From an uncultured virus (IMG/VR IMGVR_UViG_3300042894_007218) (lineage: Duplodnaviria; Heunggongvirae; Uroviricota; Caudoviricetes): 64,000 nucleotides of DNA. The stretch is taken from IMG/VR virus record IMGVR_UViG_3300042894_007218. One strand, 5' to 3'. Positions 60,021 to 64,000 of the stretch are shown in pieces. The notes beneath the pieces are model-generated. The model saw only the letters and a program-made list of their open reading frames with translations, ran no database searches and was not told where the DNA came from. Position numbers and translations under genes: made by a program. Each line of letters opens with the position of its first letter. Within the stretch, counting starts at the first letter, position 1.

Positions 60021-60455
60021 ATGATAAAAGAACAAATTAACAAAGATTACATGACAGCGTTCAAATCAAAGAATACTGTTGCCAAAAATTTACTTTCAGT
60101 GGTTAAAGGTGAAATACAAACTCAAGAAAAAAATACTGGAGTTGATAATTTGTCTGATGAAGATGTACTTAAAATTCTTCAAAAGTCTGCTAAGTCTTTA
60201 CGTGAAACTATTTCATCTTTAGAAAAAACACAAACAGGAATGTATTTTTCAAATGATTTAGTTTCAGCAAGAGAAGAATTGAGTATTATTGAATCTTATC
60301 TACCAAAACAAATGTCTAAAGAAGAAGTTACTCAAAAAGTTACCGGTCTTATAAATTCAGGTATCACTCAAATGGGCGCTATTATGAAGGAATTTGCTCA
60401 ACTACCCGCTGATAAAAAAATGGTATCAGAAGTAGTAAAAGAAATCTTAAATTAA
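60021..60455 (+). CDS. GatB/YqeY domain protein
   Basis: I..D...A.K, L.DEDV..IL.K..K, E..IIESYLPKQMS.EE, MG.IMK. Confidence 0.85.
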   Translation: MIKEQINKDYMTAFKSKNTVAKNLLSVVKGEIQTQEKNTGVDNLSDEDVLKILQKSAKSLRETISSLEKTQTGMYFSNDLVSAREELSIIESYLPKQMSKEEVTQKVTGLINSGITQMGAIMKEFAQLPADKKMVSEVVKEILN

Positions 60456-60458
60456 TAT

Positions 60459-61715
60459 ATGTATATCAATTTTACTGAAATTATTGAAAGGTGGGGTAAA
60501 CCTAAAGGTGTCGTCCATATTGGTGCTCACCTTCTTGAAGAAAGAGAGGAATACTTAAAGCACAATCTTACAAATACTATATGGGTAGAGGCAAATCCTA
60601 CTACTTATCAACAAATATTAAATCTTAATATCAGTAACGAAGAAAAAGTTTTTAATCATTGTATCACTGATAAAGATGATGAAACACATACTTTTCATAT
60701 TACTAATAATGGTCAATCCTCATCAATTTTAGATTTACAAAAACACGAAGAATATCATCCGCATATTTTTGTTGTTGATAACATCGAAGTTCAATCTAAA
60801 AGAATGGATACATTAATTAACCAGTATTCTATCGATATTTCAAACTATGATTTTCTTAATTTAGATATACAGGGTGCTGAATTACTTGCTTTGAAGAGCT
60901 TTGGTGATTTAATAAATAATTTCAAATATATTTATACCGAGGTTAATATAAATTATCTTTATAAAGATAATGCGTTAATGTCCGAAATAGATGATTATTT
61001 AAAAAAATATAATTTTATACGAGTGGAAACTGTTATGACTGAAGCTGAATGGGGTGATGCTCTTTATGTTAAAGAAGACATCACTGATAATAAAAAACTA
61101 ATTTTTGATGTTGGCGCTCACCATGGTTTGTTTACTGATGTGTGTAAGGAGAGATTTCCTGATGCTAAAATTATTTCAGTTGAAGCAAATGAAGAACTGT
61201 GGGGTAATCTACATCTTAAGTATGAGTTCGATCCAACTGTAGTTGTTATAAACTATCTGGTTTCGGATGTAACTGCGGATTTTAAAACTTTTCATATTAG
61301 TAATTATGACCAAATTTCAACTGCGTCAGAAGACTGGATTGAAAATTCTAGATTTAGTGGTCACAATTTTGATAAAAAAGTCGGTGTTGTTACTGTAAAT
61401 TTAGACAGTTTAATTAAAATTTTTGGTAAGCCTGATCTAATAAAAATTGATGTAGAAGGTTATGAGTATGAAGTCATTGGTGGTCTAAATCAAAAAGTAG
61501 ATGAAATTTGTTTTGAGTGGGCAGAAGAGCAGTATGAGAAAATAAATTTAACTTGTCAAAAATTACAACAACTCGGATATAAAAATTTTGGATATATACT
61601 TGGAGATGAGTATTTAAAAAGACCTGATACATTCACCACTTGGGAAACTTCGGATTTTCACAACATAGTCAAACCTGAAGAAAAAGATAAATGGGGAATG
61701 ATTTGGGTCAACTAA
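60459..61715 (+). CDS. Tandem FkbM-family methyltransferase (two domains)
   Basis: HIGAH...VEANP...LDIQGAEL and DVGAHHG...VEAN...IKIDVEGYE. Confidence 0.82.
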   Translation: MYINFTEIIERWGKPKGVVHIGAHLLEEREEYLKHNLTNTIWVEANPTTYQQILNLNISNEEKVFNHCITDKDDETHTFHITNNGQSSSILDLQKHEEYHPHIFVVDNIEVQSKRMDTLINQYSIDISNYDFLNLDIQGAELLALKSFGDLINNFKYIYTEVNINYLYKDNALMSEIDDYLKKYNFIRVETVMTEAEWGDALYVKEDITDNKKLIFDVGAHHGLFTDVCKERFPDAKIISVEANEELWGNLHLKYEFDPTVVVINYLVSDVTADFKTFHISNYDQISTASEDWIENSRFSGHNFDKKVGVVTVNLDSLIKIFGKPDLIKIDVEGYEYEVIGGLNQKVDEICFEWAEEQYEKINLTCQKLQQLGYKNFGYILGDEYLKRPDTFTTWETSDFHNIVKPEEKDKWGMIWVN

Positions 61716-61730
61716 AAAATAATTGTTTTT

Positions 61731-62234
61731 ATGTTGAACTATGTTGAGATATTTCAAAAATATGGACAGCCTAATGGAGTGATACACTGTGGTTGTCAAT
61801 TATTTCATATCAGAAAATTATATTTAGCTTATGGTCTGTTTAATACTATATGGATAGAACCTCAACAATTTTTTTATGAATATGGTTTAAATTTGATTAA
61901 CGGTACTGACGAAAAGTTGTATGATTATCAACTAACTTCTGAAAATACGTTATCAAAATTGTTTACACAAGAAAATCTAAATATAGAAAATTATAATTAT
62001 ATACATTTATCTTTACCTATCTATATTAGTGGTTTGGATATTTTCAACTCAAATATAGATAATTTTAAATATATTAGTATAGAGGTAACTCAAAATATCC
62101 AACATGAACACACAGATTTAAGTATTGTCAAAGAATGGTTTGAAAAAAGAAGGTACAAACTAATTGAAAGAAAATCAGTTGATAATGTCGGACAATTGTT
62201 TTTTGTTAAGAAAAGAAAATATACTAAAAAGTAA
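61731..62234 (+). CDS. Degenerate FkbM-like methyltransferase paralog
   Basis: N-terminus mirrors the upstream gene (YGQPNGVIHCG..NTIWIEP, FKYISIEV) but lacks the DxxG.E motif. Confidence 0.5.
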   Translation: MLNYVEIFQKYGQPNGVIHCGCQLFHIRKLYLAYGLFNTIWIEPQQFFYEYGLNLINGTDEKLYDYQLTSENTLSKLFTQENLNIENYNYIHLSLPIYISGLDIFNSNIDNFKYISIEVTQNIQHEHTDLSIVKEWFEKRRYKLIERKSVDNVGQLFFVKKRKYTKK

Positions 62235-62457
62235 ATTCATCAAATCTTGAAATGTGATTTTCACTGACTTTTTCAGGAAGACCTTGATGTTTAGTTTTGG
62301 CAAAATCTCTCAATTTTTTTAAACCCTTTCTTTTCCCTTTTTTCAAAAATGACTTTGCTAATTTCTTTACTGATGGTGATGCATCTTCCATTTCGCCTTT
62401 TGCCCAAGCGTATGCCATGCCCATTAATCTTTGTTGTTTTTTTGAAGTTGATGGCAT
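62224..62457 (-). CDS. Small basic protein (DUF3008-like)
   Basis: MPS.SK.QQR.MG.A, L.DFA.TK..GLPEK. Confidence 0.55.
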   Translation of the reverse strand: MPSTSKKQQRLMGMAYAWAKGEMEDASPSVKKLAKSFLKKGKRKGLKKLRDFAKTKHQGLPEKVSENHISRFDEFTF

Positions 62458-62502
62458 GGAAAGTATAAATTTTTATTATATATAAAAAAATAATTTAATA
62501 TT

Positions 62503-62715
62503 ATGTCAAAATTGAGAAACGGTGGAATTATTTCCAAAGAAGAATATGTAGGTAAAACATTACAAGAAGCAACTAAATACGCAGAAGATGGTGGTTTTGT
62601 TACTAGAATAGTTGAAACAGATGGTCATGCAAAAATGTTAGATATGTCTGTAAATCCAAAAAGATTAAATTTTAGAGTAAATAAAGAATTTGTTACCGAC
62701 GTATTTGGTGGATAA
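62503..62715 (+). CDS. Small protein resembling peptidase inhibitor I78/I13 fold
   Basis: YVG....A.......RIV......M.....RLN..V....V....G. Confidence 0.45.
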   Translation: MSKLRNGGIISKEEYVGKTLQEATKYAEDGGFVTRIVETDGHAKMLDMSVNPKRLNFRVNKEFVTDVFGG

Positions 62716-62731
62716 AATAATTTAATAAAAA

Positions 62732-62763
62732 TTTGGTAGATTTAAAACATTTTACTAATTTTG
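62732..62763 (+). promoter_or_regulatory. Bacteroidota sigma-A promoter for the leader/tRNA operon
   Basis: TTTG (62732-35), 20 nt spacer, TAATTTTG (62756-63). Confidence 0.75.
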
Positions 62764-62820
62764 TATAAGATAATGACAAATAATTAAAAAGAGAGTTTAA
62801 CAATTCAATATATAACAACA

Positions 62821-62922
62821 ATGAGAGCAATTCGCACACATAAGCATTTTAGTAAATCGTCGAAGTGGTTTAGTCACTCCGGTTCGGTACTAAAAGAGTA
62901 TTGCTCAAATTTAGAAGTGTAA
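62821..62922 (+). CDS. Attenuator leader peptide MRAIRTHKHFSKSSKWFSHSGSVLKEYCSNLEV (33 aa, not in the ORF track)
   Basis: ATG at 62821 in A-rich context, TAA at 62920-22; codons 5-20 match the downstream tRNA set. Confidence 0.8.
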   Translation: MRAIRTHKHFSKSSKWFSHSGSVLKEYCSNLEV

Positions 62923-62947
62923 TAACTTATAAAAGACAATATAATTT

Positions 62948-62980
62948 AACCCGAACCTCGAAAGAAGTTCGGGTTTTTTT
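62948..62980 (+). terminator. Intrinsic terminator/attenuator directly upstream of the tRNA array
   Basis: aacccgaac(62948-56)/gttcgggtt(62967-75), GAAA loop, T7 tail; 5' arm also complementary to 62881-87. Confidence 0.88.
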
Positions 62981-62995
62981 ATTAATAAAAAAATT

Positions 62996-63068
62996 GGAAT
63001 GGTGGCAGATTAGGTAATTGCGCTGGACTGAAAATCCAGAGGAGTGGGCTCGATACCCACCCGTTCCA
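62996..63068 (+). tRNA. tRNA-Phe(GAA)
   Basis: Acceptor ggaatgg/ccgttcc; anticodon arm ctgga-ctGAAaa-tccag; no encoded CCA. Confidence 0.9.
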
Positions 63069-63078
63069 CAAAAAATAT

Positions 63079-63154
63079 GATCTCGTAGCTCAGCAGGTTT
63101 TAGAGCACCTCACTTTTAATGAGGGGGTCGTGGGTTCGAGCCCCACCGGGATCA
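63079..63154 (+). tRNA. tRNA-Lys(TTT)
   Basis: Acceptor gatctcg/cgggatc; cctca-ctTTTaa-tgagg; GGTTCGA T loop. Confidence 0.93.
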
Positions 63155-63156
63155 CT

Positions 63157-63229
63157 GTGAATGTAGCTCAATTGGTAGAGCGCTTGATTGTGATTCAAGA
63201 GGTAGCGGGATCGTAACCCGTCATTCACC
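63157..63229 (+). tRNA. tRNA-His(GTG)
   Basis: Acceptor gtgaatg/cattcac, discriminator C; cttga-ttGTGat-tcaag. Confidence 0.9.
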
Positions 63230-63233
63230 AAAT

Positions 63234-63304
63234 ACGTCATACAGACAAGGTGTCGGTCAGGTCTCCAAAACCTCGACGGCTGGGTTCAATTCCTAGATGG
63301 CGTG
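63234..63304 (+). tRNA. tRNA-Trp(CCA)
   Basis: Acceptor acgtcat/atggcgt; aggt-ctCCAaa-acct; ctggg-ttcaatt-cctag; atypical D arm. Confidence 0.8.
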
Positions 63305-63309
63305 CTAAT

Positions 63310-63382
63310 AGTTTCATCGTCTAACCGAATAGGACACACGGCTACGAACCGTGAAGTGAGAGTTTGAGTCTTTCTGAAACTA
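63310..63382 (+). tRNA. tRNA-Arg(ACG)
   Basis: Acceptor agtttca/tgaaact; cacgg-ctACGaa-ccgtg; atypical T loop tttgagt. Confidence 0.8.
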
Positions 63383-63390
63383 CAAAATAA

Positions 63391-63477
63391 GGAGAGTTGG
63401 TAGAGTGGTTGATTACACCGGTCTTGAAAACCGGAAAACTTGAAAGGGTTTCCAGGGTTCGAATCCCTGACTCTCCT
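63391..63477 (+). tRNA. tRNA-Ser(TGA)
   Basis: Acceptor ggagagt/actctcc; ccggt-ctTGAaa-accgg; long variable arm; GGTTCGAATCC. Confidence 0.93.
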
Positions 63478-63488
63478 CTAAATTTTAC

Positions 63489-63569
63489 GGAGAATAAACT
63501 AATCTGGTGATTAGAGCCGCCTGCTAAGCGAGTTGCACGTACATTTGTGTGGGGTTCAATTCCTCTCCG
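63489..63569 (+). tRNA. tRNA-Ser(GCT), apparently with a damaged 3' acceptor strand (possible pseudogene)
   Basis: cgc-ctGCTaa-gcg, long variable arm, gggg-ttcaatt-cctc; 3' side is too short to pair with both the T stem and ggagaat. Confidence 0.6.
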
Positions 63570-63570
63570 C

Positions 63571-63999
63571 TTATACTTTTGGTTTTTCAACAATAAATTC
63601 ACCATTAATATCATATAAACCACTACTTAAGATATAGTCATCGTGTCTTTCGCCAATTACTAACCAGGATATTTCATCAGATGAATTCGAATTAATACAG
63701 TTTATTTGTAGTTTATTTCCAATTACGATGCCTTTTACTGCATCCCATCCAGTCTCATTTGAGGTGAAACATTGGAAGTTTTTATTTAATGCAAGTAATG
63801 TACCTTCTGTCATATTAAATTGCTCATCTAAATTAATTTCAATAAATCCATTTACTAACTGTGATTTACCTCTGTATATGTTATTTGCCTGTGGTGCTTC
63901 TACAAAAGAGTGTAATAAAGTATGTGTTTCTTTTAGTTGTGGAAGAGGGTGGTCAATTTGAAATGTACCCGCTGCCTTTGAAAGTGTTCCATTAACTCT
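63571..63999 (-). CDS. C-terminal part of a tail fibre-type protein (gene starts beyond the window)
   Basis: Open from the window edge: ...GTLSKAAGTFQIDHPL...LLHSFVEAPQANNIYRG...WLVIGERHD, a typical fibre C-terminal module. Confidence 0.65.
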   Translation of the reverse strand, partial: RVNGTLSKAAGTFQIDHPLPQLKETHTLLHSFVEAPQANNIYRGKSQLVNGFIEINLDEQFNMTEGTLLALNKNFQCFTSNETGWDAVKGIVIGNKLQINCINSNSSDEISWLVIGERHDDYILSSGLYDINGEFIVEKPKV

Positions 64000-64000
64000 C

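Noticed and set aside
62765..62980. T-box riboswitch as the explanation for the terminator before the tRNAs
   Set aside because: No AGGGUGGNACCGCG T-box consensus in the antiterminator; the leader ORF with matching codons explains the layout better.
63342..63623. 93-aa minus-strand ORF
   Set aside because: Antisense to tRNA-Arg/Ser/Ser genes; typical tRNA shadow translation.
1..64000. Stop-codon reassignment as in some large phages
   Set aside because: Code 11 gives dense full-length ORFs; TAG (21701) and TGA (e.g. 15554, 17610) end genes at proper boundaries; no suppressor tRNA seen.

Overview
AT-rich, gene-dense segment of a large (jumbo-type) tailed phage genome in the standard genetic code. 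The host is most likely Bacteroidota, based on several TTTG-N19/20-TAnnTTTG promoters, no Shine-Dalgarno sites and a Bacteroidota-type bS21. The window holds large virion/tail proteins (GxW-repeat, collagen-like, LamG, S74 chaperone) and replication/repair genes (SbcC/gp46-like ATPase, primase, NAD-dependent ligase, Dam-like methylase). It also carries an ECF-type sigma factor, proteostasis genes (DnaJ, ClpP, M16, M28), translation genes (bS21, S1-like, L7/L12-like, SmpB, YqeY, nucleotidyltransferase) and a 7-gene tRNA array. Top finding: the tRNA array (Phe, Lys, His, Trp, Arg, Ser, Ser) sits behind an unannotated 33-codon leader ORF whose codons 5-20 are almost all R/H/K/F/S/W, the amino acids served by the array. 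The leader overlaps mutually exclusive protector, antiterminator and terminator helices, suggesting a ribosome-stalling attenuator that turns on phage tRNAs when the matching host tRNAs fail. Also notable: a ~400-nt structured orphan RNA with its own promoter, an N-terminal motif family resembling the T4 capsid-targeting sequence, a recurrent RxxK(I/L)xx(I/V)L motif family, and many near-leaderless transcripts. All calls are by eye from motifs; no database searches were run.
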